From a virus: a stretch of DNA of 64,000 nucleotides. A program made the translations under genes and the position numbers. The stretch is taken from the IMG/VR virus record IMGVR_UViG_3300032797_000632, positions 1 through 64,000 of that record; one strand, 5' to 3'. Each line of letters begins with the position of its first letter. The first letter of the stretch is position 1. This document shows, piece after piece, positions 9,322-18,743 of this stretch. The notes beneath the pieces are model-generated. The model was not told the origin of the DNA. It ran no database searches and saw only the letters and a list, made by a program, of their open reading frames with translations.

Positions 9322-9632
9322 AGTTCGTAATCATGGAGGTGCTGACGGCGACGCTGGGGAGGATAATCAACGAGTATTGGGAGATCGAGGGGTTTGCGTC
9401 CCGCCATGAGTTTCTGGATTACTGGATCAAAATCCATCCCCGGAAGAAGTTCGTTCCGGGCCAGGTGGTGCACATGCATAGGTTCGTGGACGCCGATCCG
9501 GAGCGGACAGACAGGCGGACGGTGCGGATCCCGTTCAAGCCGGAGATGGCAGAGCTGGTGAGGGCGGGGAAAAAGACAGCAACAACTAGGACCCGCAGGA
9601 TGGGAGGCCCTGGTGATGTGTTCGAGGTTTAG
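9318..9632 (+). CDS. ASCH-domain protein, apparently circularly permuted
   Basis: GKKTATTR motif near the C-terminus; EGF.S..EF..W motif near the N-terminus. Confidence 0.7.
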   Translation: MKFVIMEVLTATLGRIINEYWEIEGFASRHEFLDYWIKIHPRKKFVPGQVVHMHRFVDADPERTDRRTVRIPFKPEMAELVRAGKKTATTRTRRMGGPGDVFEV

Positions 9633-10075
9633 GCACCATAGATGGCGGAGGACATAATGCCGGAGAGCAGGCCATTTCATATTTCGCAAAGGGAGCTGGA
9701 TGATTGTCCGCCGGTGGGACACGATAACAGCGTCGTGTGTCCCCACTGCGGTAAAAGGCACAAATTGATCCCGCCGGACGATTGGCTTCAAACCTACCAC
9801 TGCGGGGAAAGGCTATGCCTCGGGGCCATCAACGGGCGGGATGTAACCGGAACGATAAAAACCGAAAGCCCAAGGAGGGCGGAATGAGCGAGAGAGAGAA
9901 ATGCAAGGAATGCCCTTTCTGCGGATATGATCCGGCGCCGGACTGCATTTATTACTGCTTCCTAGGAAGGACACCATTGGCATGCGAAATGCTCCAAGGG
10001 CGGGCCGGGAACGAGAACAAGAAGAGGTCGCTGGCCAGCAGATCGGACAGACGAAAAAAAAGAAAGGGGGCGTAA

Positions 10076-10486
10076 ATGTCCAGTTACAGCATGGGTATCG
10101 TGTTGGGAAATCTTGTGGCCGATCCCGAGATGAGATACTTGCAGTCAGGGACGGCGGTGACTTCCATGACGGTGGCGGTCAACTACAAGATCCCGGGCCG
10201 GGACGGCGGGGAGGCCCGGGACGAGGCATCGTTCTTTGATGTAACGGTCTTCGGGAAGCAGGCGGAGAACTGCTCGCAGTACCTTCACAAGGGATCGTCG
10301 GTGCTGGTCGAGGGTCGACTCAAGCAGGACAGGTGGGAGAAGGACGGCCAGAAGCGGTCGAAGATCATCATCGTGGCCAACGCCGTGCGGTTCGTCGGCC
10401 CTAAGCAAGACCGGAGCAAGGAGCGCGAGCCGGGCGAGGAGGAGGCCAGCGGATCCGGGGGGGCGGGCGAGGACATCCCCTTCTAA
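10076..10486 (+). CDS. ssb: Single-stranded DNA-binding protein
   Basis: LGNLVADPEMRY...FGKQAENC..YLHKGS.VLVEGRL; acidic tail EDIPF. Confidence 0.95.
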   Translation: MSSYSMGIVLGNLVADPEMRYLQSGTAVTSMTVAVNYKIPGRDGGEARDEASFFDVTVFGKQAENCSQYLHKGSSVLVEGRLKQDRWEKDGQKRSKIIIVANAVRFVGPKQDRSKEREPGEEEASGSGGAGEDIPF

Positions 10487-10487
10487 G

Positions 10488-10991
10488 ATGAAAGCCCTGC
10501 AGAGCTTCTGCCTCGGAACCGTATCCATAGACTGGAAAGACGACGGGGGCGGGCAGGACCCGGTCGCCGGCCCGAACTCCTTCGAGATATTAGGTCAGGC
10601 CAACACGGAGCTTGTGGGAGTTTTTGCCCACGGCGACGAGCTGTGGGCCGTGACCACCCGGGGAGAGCCGCCGGAGCCACTTCAAGACACCGTGATGAGG
10701 GTTTCGATATTCCCCGGCCCGTCCGCCTACGCCCAATATGAGCTCGACGATCCGAATTCTGCGGATGGCCGTCCATGCGTAAAGGTATATTATGCAGGGA
10801 CGGTAATGTTCGAAAGGAGAACATGCCCGCAGATACCATCGGAGCCGGTGAGGGTTCCAGGGCGGGTTGCCGGATATCTGGCGATTGGCCATGTGATGGT
10901 CGAGGACTTCAGGGGCAGGAGTGGGGCGGGAGACTCGGCGTTTAGAGTCGGGGACCCGAAGGATCGCCCGCGGAGGATGATCACCCTTTGA
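10488..10991 (+). CDS. Hypothetical protein ending in the shared RPRRMITL motif
   Basis: 167-aa ORF between ssb and an MTase. Confidence 0.65.
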   Translation: MKALQSFCLGTVSIDWKDDGGGQDPVAGPNSFEILGQANTELVGVFAHGDELWAVTTRGEPPEPLQDTVMRVSIFPGPSAYAQYELDDPNSADGRPCVKVYYAGTVMFERRTCPQIPSEPVRVPGRVAGYLAIGHVMVEDFRGRSGAGDSAFRVGDPKDRPRRMITL

Positions 10992-12496
10992 GCACCGAGT
11001 GGGACAATAAGATCCATCAGGGACACGCCCTCTCGGTCCTTCGGCAGATGCCGGATGGGTGCGTGGATTTGATCGTGACCTCTCCCCCCTATTGGGGCCT
11101 AAGAGATTACAGAACCGAACCCCTGATCTGGGACGACCCTGGAAATTGCGAACACCTGTGGGGCGAGGAATTGCCCGAGCATCACCCGGGACAAGTTGAG
11201 CAAACCAAATGGCCGGATGCGGAGGCTGCGGGCATGGGTCAAACGGCCAAGGGCGGGCGTTTCTGTACCAAATGCGGGGCGTGGATCGGGCACTTGGGAC
11301 AGGAGCCCATGTTCGAGCTTTACATCGATCACATCTGCCAAATATTCGACCAGGCGAGGCGGATACTTAAGCCGACGGGAACCCTGTGGGTGGTGATCGG
11401 GGACAGCTATTTCGGGGGCAAGGGCCGAAGCAACATGCAGTGGGTGTCCAAGGCCGAGGGCCGGAATACGATCCAAAAATCGTACCATAACATTTGCGGG
11501 GAAAACTACGGGGACGCCCGGCCAAACGATCTTCCCCAAGGAAACATCCAGCCGAAGTCCCTGATGATGATTCCCTCCCGGTTTGCGATAGCCATGATGG
11601 ATCGGGAGTGGATATTGAGGTCGGAGATTATCTGGGCCAAGGCCGTGTCCCTATCCGACACCGACTCGGGATCGTGCATGCCTGAATCTGTCGAGGACAG
11701 GCCGACCAGCTCCCATGAAAAAATATTCATGTTTGCCAAAGGCCAGAAATATCACTATGACCAGGATGCCGTGCGGGAGCCCCTGCGGGAGACATCGATC
11801 CGGAGAATAAACCAGCCGTCGTTCAGGCAACAACTGGGTGGCGAGAAGGATTATTTGCGGGGGGAAAACCCGAATCGGTCAGCGCGAAAAACCCTCGAGA
11901 ACTTCGCCAACAGATGTCGCAAGCCGGATCCCGAGGACCCGCGGAGCACTCACGGAAGCTATAAGACCGGGCATTCCGGGTTCTTTGATAGCGAGGGAAA
12001 TCTGCTGACCAATCTCAACGGCCGGAACCTTCGGAATATCTGGAGGATCAACCCCGAGCCATCTCGGGTCAAGCACTTCGCCACCTACCCCACAAGGCTC
12101 GTGCAGGTGATCCTTGATCTAGCCTGCCCGAAACGGGCGTGCGTCAAATGCGGGGTGCCGTGGGAGCCACAATTCGCTAGGACGGATATCGTTGATCCAT
12201 CCTCCAAAGGAAGCAGGTTTGATAAGGGGAAAACAGCGGAACATCAAATGGGAAGGGCACAAGATGGAGAAAGGTATTTGAGGGTGGCGTCTGGTGTTGC
12301 TCCCGGGTGTGAGTGCGGGGCGGGATTCGCCCCGGGGATAGTCCTTGATCCATTTTCCGGTAGCGGGACAACCCTCGTGGTGGCCAAACGAATGGGATTA
12401 AATTACATCGGAATAGAGTTGTCGGAGAGGTACTGCGAAATGATCCGTCGCCGGCTAAAGGACGAGATTGTCAGCCTAGAATTGTTTGGAAGATAG
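10988..12496 (+). CDS. DNA N4/N6 methyltransferase (beta class)
   Basis: VTSPPYW catalytic motif; HFATYP; VLDPFSGSGTT SAM-binding motif. Confidence 0.92.
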   Translation: MSTEWDNKIHQGHALSVLRQMPDGCVDLIVTSPPYWGLRDYRTEPLIWDDPGNCEHLWGEELPEHHPGQVEQTKWPDAEAAGMGQTAKGGRFCTKCGAWIGHLGQEPMFELYIDHICQIFDQARRILKPTGTLWVVIGDSYFGGKGRSNMQWVSKAEGRNTIQKSYHNICGENYGDARPNDLPQGNIQPKSLMMIPSRFAIAMMDREWILRSEIIWAKAVSLSDTDSGSCMPESVEDRPTSSHEKIFMFAKGQKYHYDQDAVREPLRETSIRRINQPSFRQQLGGEKDYLRGENPNRSARKTLENFANRCRKPDPEDPRSTHGSYKTGHSGFFDSEGNLLTNLNGRNLRNIWRINPEPSRVKHFATYPTRLVQVILDLACPKRACVKCGVPWEPQFARTDIVDPSSKGSRFDKGKTAEHQMGRAQDGERYLRVASGVAPGCECGAGFAPGIVLDPFSGSGTTLVVAKRMGLNYIGIELSERYCEMIRRRLKDEIVSLELFGR

Positions 12497-12499
12497 GGA

Positions 12500-15004
12500 A
12501 TGGCCTGGCCCGAGGATTACATCAACAAAATCGTCCGGGGGGATAGCCTCGAGGCGCTCAAATCGATGCCCGAGAAAAGCATCGACCTGATCGCCACCGA
12601 CCCTCCATACGGGTTGGGGTTTGCCGGGGAAAAGTGGGACCAGGATCTGCCCTCGGAGGATATCTGGCGGGAGTGTTTCAGGGTCCTCAAGCCCGGGGCC
12701 TTCGCCTTCGTGATAACCACCCCCCGGCAGGACTGTCTGGCAGAGCTGATCTCGAGGATGGGGCGGGCGGGGTTCGATGTCCAGTTCCCGAGCATCTACT
12801 GGACATACCTGTGTTTGTCTGCCGACACCGAGGTTTTGACAAAAGATGGGTGGATGGACCGGGAACGCTTGAATAAAACCAATACATCGACGAACATATT
12901 GGTGTATGAACCAGAAACCGGAGATTACCGCTGGGAGGTACCAGAGAAGTGGTCGTGTTATTACCACCGAGATACCGCCTACAGAATTAAATCAGATTTT
13001 ACAGACCAACTTGTCACCAGAGGCCATCGTTGCCTTATTGAACGACAGGGAGAGCTATTACTGGAATTTGCGGAAAGGCTATCCAAGCAAGAGAAGTTCC
13101 CCGTTTTGGTTTCTCTGCACGATTTGCCAGAATGCATTGTTTCGGCCATATCCCAACAAGGAGCAGAAGAATTTTGCATGCTCCAAAGAGTGCCAAGCGA
13201 AGTTGACATCGAAAAGCAATACTGGGAAATGGGACATATCGGAGAGAAAGTTAATAAAAAGAGTCTGCCAATTTTGCGGAGAGGTGTTTTATATTTATCC
13301 GGCTTGGTTGAGAAAGCAAAAGGGAAAATCTGGGACATATTGCTCGGCCAGCTGTCGCTCGAGGGTGAATATGAGAAAGTATGTACACCCGAAGATGCGA
13401 GCAAATGGTTCGTGGAAATGGACGGAGGAAAGAAAGAAAAATTGGTCCAAGAGGATAACGGGTGCGGGAAATCCATGTTGGAAGGGAGGGATAACTTACT
13501 TCAAAACGCACGGAAATTATCCTGCGGTGAAGTATGTGCGGTGTCCTCTGGAATATATGGAGATGGCCCGCAAGGACGGTTATGTAATGGAGCATCGCCT
13601 AATAGTAGCTCGGCAGATAGGGAGGCCATTAAAGCGAAGCGAAGTGGTACATCATTTGGATCACAATTCAGAAAACAATTCGACGGAGAACTTGATTTTA
13701 TTTGCGAGCAACCGGGATCACAAACTTCACGAAGGAGGAAGGGATATAGAACCACTTTGGCAAATGTCATCCCGGAATATTACGATGGAATAATTTATTG
13801 CCCCACCGTATCTACCGGATGTTTTGTGGCCCGCAGAAACGGCAAGATATTTCTTACCGGCAATTCTGGCTTTCCAAAAAGTTTAGATGTTTCCTTGGCT
13901 ATCGATTTGCGGCTCGGTGCTGAGCGTCCGGTGGCGGGCGAGGTGGCCCAGCCCGGGGGACAGATGCGGGAGTTGAGCCGGGGGGGCAGGGGGCGGGAAA
14001 AGGGCACCGCCTGGACCGGGATCAGGTATGACGATAAGCCGATAACCCCGCAGGCGGAGGCTTTCGCCGGATGGCGGAGCCCCGGGCTGAAGCCAGCGGT
14101 CGAGGTGATCGTCGTGGCCGCAAGGCCGATGTCCGAGAAGGACTATGCCAGCCAGGCGATTAGATCGCTGGAGGACGGGTCGGAGGGATCGGGGTGCTTC
14201 AACATTGGAGCCTGCCGGATCCCGTACCGGTCCCGGGAGGAGTTCGAGGAGATCCACGATGGGGCCTGCCGTTTCCGGTCCGGATCCCGCGGATTTTTCG
14301 GGTACGGGGAAAAGGGCAAGGGCGAGTGGAGGCCAGTGGACCCCGCCGGCAGGTACCCGGCAAACATGCTGGTTAGCGATAAAGCCCTGGACGACGGCGT
14401 GCAGAGGAAGGCGGGGGGATCGAGGTCGCCGGGCCGGGCAGGGCGGGGGGCTTTCCTGGCCGGCAGGGAGCACCAGTCCTTTGGGGACGAGGGATCCGCC
14501 GGCCGGCTGTTCGATCTTGATCTCTGGTGGGAGAAAATGGCGGAGTCCCTGCCGGACCGGACAAAAAGGACATTCCCGTTTCTGCTCGAGCCGAAGCCGT
14601 CCTCCGCGGAGCGGGACTCCGGGTGCGAGGGCCTTTACTGGGAGAGGGACGGAACCGAGTTCGGATACAAGCTGGTGGGCAAGGAGCGGTGGGAGGAGCT
14701 GGGCCGGGAGGAGGAGAGGATATCCGCGGAGACGGAGGCGCCCTGCAGCCTCCGCGCCCGGGGGAACATCCACATCACCGTCAAGCCCGTCAACCTGTTC
14801 TGCTATCTCATAACCCTCGCCTCGAGGGAGGGGCAGTTGATCCTCGACCCGTTTGCCGGAAGCGGAACCACCGGAGTAGCGGCCAAGATCCTCAACCGGC
14901 GGTATGTGCTGGTAGATATATATGAGGGAAACTGTGAGATCGCTCGCCGGAGGGTCCGGGATGCAGGGCTTCCCTTGTTTGATACTCGAGAAGATGCACC
15001 ATAG
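12500..15004 (+). CDS. DNA N4/N6 methyltransferase containing an intein
   Basis: TDPPYG; SGFPKS; HITVKP; ILDPFAGSGTT; intein at 12812-13864. Confidence 0.9.
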   Translation: MAWPEDYINKIVRGDSLEALKSMPEKSIDLIATDPPYGLGFAGEKWDQDLPSEDIWRECFRVLKPGAFAFVITTPRQDCLAELISRMGRAGFDVQFPSIYWTYLCLSADTEVLTKDGWMDRERLNKTNTSTNILVYEPETGDYRWEVPEKWSCYYHRDTAYRIKSDFTDQLVTRGHRCLIERQGELLLEFAERLSKQEKFPVLVSLHDLPECIVSAISQQGAEEFCMLQRVPSEVDIEKQYWEMGHIGEKVNKKSLPILRRGVLYLSGLVEKAKGKIWDILLGQLSLEGEYEKVCTPEDASKWFVEMDGGKKEKLVQEDNGCGKSMLEGRDNLLQNARKLSCGEVCAVSSGIYGDGPQGRLCNGASPNSSSADREAIKAKRSGTSFGSQFRKQFDGELDFICEQPGSQTSRRRKGYRTTLANVIPEYYDGIIYCPTVSTGCFVARRNGKIFLTGNSGFPKSLDVSLAIDLRLGAERPVAGEVAQPGGQMRELSRGGRGREKGTAWTGIRYDDKPITPQAEAFAGWRSPGLKPAVEVIVVAARPMSEKDYASQAIRSLEDGSEGSGCFNIGACRIPYRSREEFEEIHDGACRFRSGSRGFFGYGEKGKGEWRPVDPAGRYPANMLVSDKALDDGVQRKAGGSRSPGRAGRGAFLAGREHQSFGDEGSAGRLFDLDLWWEKMAESLPDRTKRTFPFLLEPKPSSAERDSGCEGLYWERDGTEFGYKLVGKERWEELGREEERISAETEAPCSLRARGNIHITVKPVNLFCYLITLASREGQLILDPFAGSGTTGVAAKILNRRYVLVDIYEGNCEIARRRVRDAGLPLFDTREDAP
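12812..13864 (+). mobile_element. Intein (351 aa) in the DNA methyltransferase
   Basis: Starts CLSADTEVLTKDGW; block B VTRGHR; ends CFVARRNGKIFLTGN followed by Ser; AT-rich. Confidence 0.88.
12906..13793 (+). CDS. HNH endonuclease with zinc fingers, in the +1 frame inside the intein
   Basis: CTIC..CSKEC and CQFC..CSASC; GNPCWKGG; YVMEHRLIV..VVHHLDHNSENNSTENL. Confidence 0.85.
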   Translation: MNQKPEITAGRYQRSGRVITTEIPPTELNQILQTNLSPEAIVALLNDRESYYWNLRKGYPSKRSSPFWFLCTICQNALFRPYPNKEQKNFACSKECQAKLTSKSNTGKWDISERKLIKRVCQFCGEVFYIYPAWLRKQKGKSGTYCSASCRSRVNMRKYVHPKMRANGSWKWTEERKKNWSKRITGAGNPCWKGGITYFKTHGNYPAVKYVRCPLEYMEMARKDGYVMEHRLIVARQIGRPLKRSEVVHHLDHNSENNSTENLILFASNRDHKLHEGGRDIEPLWQMSSRNITME

Positions 15005-15020
15005 GAATAAAGGAGGAGAG

Positions 15021-15212
15021 ATGCAGAATAAGATCAACTGCGGAAGGTGCGGGATCCGGTACAAGACAAGTTATGCGAGGAGAGACGAGAAGGACGACTC
15101 GTTGACCATCTGCCCGAAATGCAACCACCGGAACCCCGTCCCGCCTGCAGGCGGAACCGGTCAAGATGTGAAGCAGGAGGTGAAGCGGGATGAAGTGCCC
15201 CCGGTGCGATAA
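15021..15212 (+). CDS. Zinc-ribbon protein
   Basis: CGRC...CPKC; AGGAGG SD. Confidence 0.6.
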   Translation: MQNKINCGRCGIRYKTSYARRDEKDDSLTICPKCNHRNPVPPAGGTGQDVKQEVKRDEVPPVR

Positions 15213-15405
15213 GGAGATGCAAAAGGTGTACACGGGCGAGGAGGTCCGGTTTGCCCCGCCCGAGTATCCGTGGAACTGGGTCTGCGAATGCGGGGAGGCG
15301 GTGTTCGGGGGGATGGACCGGGACGGAGTGGCGTTCAAATCCAAGGTGCCCGGGCCGGCAGGGGCGAACAGGTATTACATGAATTTAGGGGCAGGGGCAA
15401 GGTAG
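15190..15405 (+). CDS. Zinc-ribbon protein
   Basis: CPRC...CEC. Confidence 0.6.
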   Translation: MKCPRCDKEMQKVYTGEEVRFAPPEYPWNWVCECGEAVFGGMDRDGVAFKSKVPGPAGANRYYMNLGAGAR

Positions 15406-15423
15406 GGAGGGTAATGCGGGTCA

Positions 15424-16089
15424 ATGCTCATAGCGAGGATATTTATAAACGAGGACAAAATAGGGGAGGTGGCCCTGCAGAGACTTGGGCCCCTCAACCT
15501 CGAGGGGGAGGGATGGCACGACTATGCCATCCGGATTCCCTGCGAGCACGCCGGCAAGGTTGTCAGGCATCGTTACAAGGACGGGTGGCGGGTGCTCCTG
15601 CGGATGGCAATTGAAACCATGGAGGGAGGGAAGATGGGGAAGGTGACCAAGGACATGATGTCGTTTGCGGGCAAGGCCAAGGAGGTCATGGATAGCAAAA
15701 CCGGGGCGGTTTGGTATGCCAGCAAGCCGGGATTTTATCCGCGGACATGGATGGCCCTCCGGTGGGGGGAAAAGGGGCGGGATCTTCTGGTGCTCGAAGT
15801 GATCGACGACCTCGGAATAGTGCTCGAGGAATGGCTGGAGGCCCCAAAGATGGTATCGACGGAGGTGGCTATGCTCAAAAACCCGGCGGAGACACTGGCC
15901 TACATCGACGCCCTGATCGTGTCTGCGGAGCGGGAGGCGTCCTCCCCTGGGGAGTCTTCCGAAACGGAGACGGGTGTCGCCTGCGGGCTGATCCTTGCGA
16001 TGCTCCAGCGGATCCGGCAGGAGCTGTTTGGGAGTATGCACCCGGCACTCAAGAAGGAGGATGGGGCACCCGCCCCGGGATTGAATTGA
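15424..16089 (+). CDS. Hypothetical protein (possible two-gene fusion, internal SD+ATG at 15634)
   Basis: 221-aa ORF. Confidence 0.6.
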   Translation: MLIARIFINEDKIGEVALQRLGPLNLEGEGWHDYAIRIPCEHAGKVVRHRYKDGWRVLLRMAIETMEGGKMGKVTKDMMSFAGKAKEVMDSKTGAVWYASKPGFYPRTWMALRWGEKGRDLLVLEVIDDLGIVLEEWLEAPKMVSTEVAMLKNPAETLAYIDALIVSAEREASSPGESSETETGVACGLILAMLQRIRQELFGSMHPALKKEDGAPAPGLN

Positions 16090-16090
16090 A

Positions 16091-16654
16091 ATGCTCTGGA
16101 AGATAGGAAATGTTCTGATAAACCTTGCCGAGCAGAAATCTCTGCCGAGCCTCGAGGTTTCTTATCGCCAGGAGACGGATAACACCCTTATTTATTATGT
16201 CCGGGTGGTATGGCCGCCGGCACAGGATTGTTCTAGCGCCGCATACCTAGAAAATCGAGAGGATTGCAAGGTGTTTATTAATGTCCAAATGGAGGTAGAG
16301 CTTTTCACCCGTGCGGTGGCTTATGTGCACAATCCGTCTTTGCGCATCGGGGACAGCTTGATATCGAGGCGGGACCTTTTGAATGTCGTGTCGATAAAAA
16401 AATATCCGCTGGAGGGAAAGCATGTGTTTGCACTAAATTATCCGAATTCCCAATTAAGTATAAAGTGCGATTCCGAAAAAATCGCCGACGAACTCGAGGC
16501 CAAGTGTATGGAGGAAATATCCATCCTGCGGGACCCTGACCGGCTCCGGGGGGCGGTGATAATATCGATGTCCCGTGATAAAGATCAGCCCCCGGACAAG
16601 AGGCCGCTGCGAATGATAGACATGGAAGGCAGGGCGGTGCCCGATGGCGGTTAG
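16091..16654 (+). CDS. Hypothetical protein with RPLRMIDM motif
   Basis: 187-aa ORF; motif at 16601-16624. Confidence 0.65.
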   Translation: MLWKIGNVLINLAEQKSLPSLEVSYRQETDNTLIYYVRVVWPPAQDCSSAAYLENREDCKVFINVQMEVELFTRAVAYVHNPSLRIGDSLISRRDLLNVVSIKKYPLEGKHVFALNYPNSQLSIKCDSEKIADELEAKCMEEISILRDPDRLRGAVIISMSRDKDQPPDKRPLRMIDMEGRAVPDGG

Positions 16655-17018
16655 GCTGAGCGTCAAAACCGACCACCCCCATGGTCCGGTGCTGGTGGAC
16701 CAAAACGGGGAACCGGTCAGGGGGATAATGATAGAGCGCCTAGATATCAACGCACCCGCCCAGCGTTTTCATTACGGAAACGGGAAAGACGGAATGGTGA
16801 GAATATCCGAGAGGCTGGAGATCAAGGCGGAGATATTGATAGAGGATATTTACGATGACACCGAGAGCGGGGCGAAGGGATCCGGGGCACCGACCCCGAT
16901 GCATTGGAGCGGGAGGCCCCTGCGGATGATGGACATGGACTCCACGAATGTGGAATCGCCGAGCCCCGCCGAAGGCACCATAGACACAAAGGGAAAGGAG
17001 GGGGGAGATGATCATTAA
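16644..17018 (+). CDS. Hypothetical protein with GRPLRMMDM motif
   Basis: 124-aa ORF; motif at 16911-16937. Confidence 0.65.
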   Translation: MAVRLSVKTDHPHGPVLVDQNGEPVRGIMIERLDINAPAQRFHYGNGKDGMVRISERLEIKAEILIEDIYDDTESGAKGSGAPTPMHWSGRPLRMMDMDSTNVESPSPAEGTIDTKGKEGGDDH

Positions 17019-17493
17019 TTTTGACGGTCTGTGCGAGCCCGCCCGGCCCGGGGGGCCAAGGAACCCCGGGGGCGTGGCCGCCTACGGGTACCTGATAACC
17101 TCGGACGAGGGCATAGAGCTCGCTTGCGGGTGCGGGGTTGTGGGGGAGGGCGAGGGCATGACGAACAATGTCGGGGAGTATTTCGCCTTGCTCAAGGGCC
17201 TCGAGCGGGCCCTGCTGATAGCCCCGGAGGGGGCCCGCCCGCAGTTTTTGGTCCGGGGGGACTCGCAACTTGTGATAAACCAGATGTCGGGAAAGTGGCA
17301 GATCAAATCCGAGATGCTCGGGGCGATAGCCATCGAGATCCGGGAGCTGGTGGAGGGGGCGGAGATCAAATACGAGTGGGTTCCGCGCGAGCGGAACGCC
17401 GCTGCCGACTCGATGGCCAACGAGGCGTACCAGAAGTTTTTGAAGGGCAAGATGGTGCCGGATCGAATCAGGAAAGAGGGGGGCGAGAAGTGA
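17008..17493 (+). CDS. Ribonuclease HI-like protein
   Basis: FDG...NPG; TNNVGEY; GDSQLVINQ; WVPRERNAAADSMAN. Confidence 0.9.
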   Translation: MIINFDGLCEPARPGGPRNPGGVAAYGYLITSDEGIELACGCGVVGEGEGMTNNVGEYFALLKGLERALLIAPEGARPQFLVRGDSQLVINQMSGKWQIKSEMLGAIAIEIRELVEGAEIKYEWVPRERNAAADSMANEAYQKFLKGKMVPDRIRKEGGEK

Positions 17494-17782
17494 GGCGGAG
17501 CACGGGGGGCAGAAGCCCCGGGGATTTGTTTATCCCCTACACCTCGGACTGCGAGCAATGCAAGTTCCGGCTGGACAGGTTCTCCCTGCGGTATAATGAG
17601 GCGAGGAAAAGGGTTGTGGGGTCCGGCAAGGACAGGATCCGGATGCCCTCCGGCAACAATCCGCAGATATGCTCGAACGGCGCCCCCAGGTTTCTCCGGC
17701 CATCCCTCCGGCCCGGCAAGTGCGGGAAGATGGGGGCGGGCCCGGGGCTGGACGCCATCGGGCTGAAAGAGGGGCCGGGGGC

Positions 17783-18130
17783 GTGAGCCCGCTGGTCTAC
17801 AAGAAGGCCTCCGGGGAGCTGGCGGAGGCCATAGAGCAGGTCCGCCAGGCGGGGGCCAAGGACATGGAGATGCCCCCGGTGGAGGAGGTGGAGCCCGTCT
17901 ACTACGCCATGAAGGAGCTGATCGGGTGGGAGGATGCCGGGCGGGAGTCGAACAGCCTAGCCCAGTACGCCGCCACCTGCGTGGTCGCCCGCAAGGGGGG
18001 GATCCCGGCCGGCATGTCCTTCGTGACCAACGACCAATGCATGCTCGAGAACCGGGGAACGCTGGAGGTGAAATACGGGATAGGTATCATATCCCTCCGG
18101 GAGCTACTGGAGATTCCCGGGGTTAAATAA
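17783..18130 (+). CDS. Hypothetical protein
   Basis: GTGA-overlap start; phage-like codon pattern. Confidence 0.55.
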   Translation: MSPLVYKKASGELAEAIEQVRQAGAKDMEMPPVEEVEPVYYAMKELIGWEDAGRESNSLAQYAATCVVARKGGIPAGMSFVTNDQCMLENRGTLEVKYGIGIISLRELLEIPGVK

Positions 18131-18140
18131 AGGGGGGGTT

Positions 18141-18743
18141 ATGGAAGCGGTGGGGATTGAGAAAAAAAGCGACGAGATGGTCGCCGGCTGGTTCAAGGAC
18201 CATGTGGTCAAGGAGCATGCGACCCAAAAGATCGGCATGGCGGGGCACGAGATCGAGTTGCTCATTTGGAAGCAACCCGGCACGAGGATATACCAGATCA
18301 ACTATCTCCGGATGGACAATGTCCTGATGGTCTCGGGGGATGTGGGGGAGGCGATCTACGCCTGGTCGGAGGTGAAAGACCTCCGGTGGATTTCGGGGCT
18401 GGACATCTCCTATTTCGCAAGCAAGTGCCAGGCATCGGAGAAGGGCAGTAAATACGAAGAATGGAACAGAGACCGGGCCAAAGAGATGCTCGAGGACCGT
18501 TTCAAATCAGATGAGGAAGATGGCGACAGAAAGACCCGCAAGATCGCCGAGGACCTCGGGGTGTGGCACGCCCTGTATTTCAGAGATGAATGGCTCATCT
18601 GGCTCGCACAGAATGGCCACGAGGTTTGGGAGGACCTCTCCGACCTGGCGGACATCGGGATGGAGGTCTCGCTCCGGTGCCGGTCACATCTGGCCGGACT
18701 GCGGATGGCGTTTGAAAGGATGGACAAGGCGGATGGGAAATAA
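18141..18743 (+). CDS. Hypothetical phage protein
   Basis: 200 aa; SD present. Confidence 0.7.
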   Translation: MEAVGIEKKSDEMVAGWFKDHVVKEHATQKIGMAGHEIELLIWKQPGTRIYQINYLRMDNVLMVSGDVGEAIYAWSEVKDLRWISGLDISYFASKCQASEKGSKYEEWNRDRAKEMLEDRFKSDEEDGDRKTRKIAEDLGVWHALYFRDEWLIWLAQNGHEVWEDLSDLADIGMEVSLRCRSHLAGLRMAFERMDKADGK

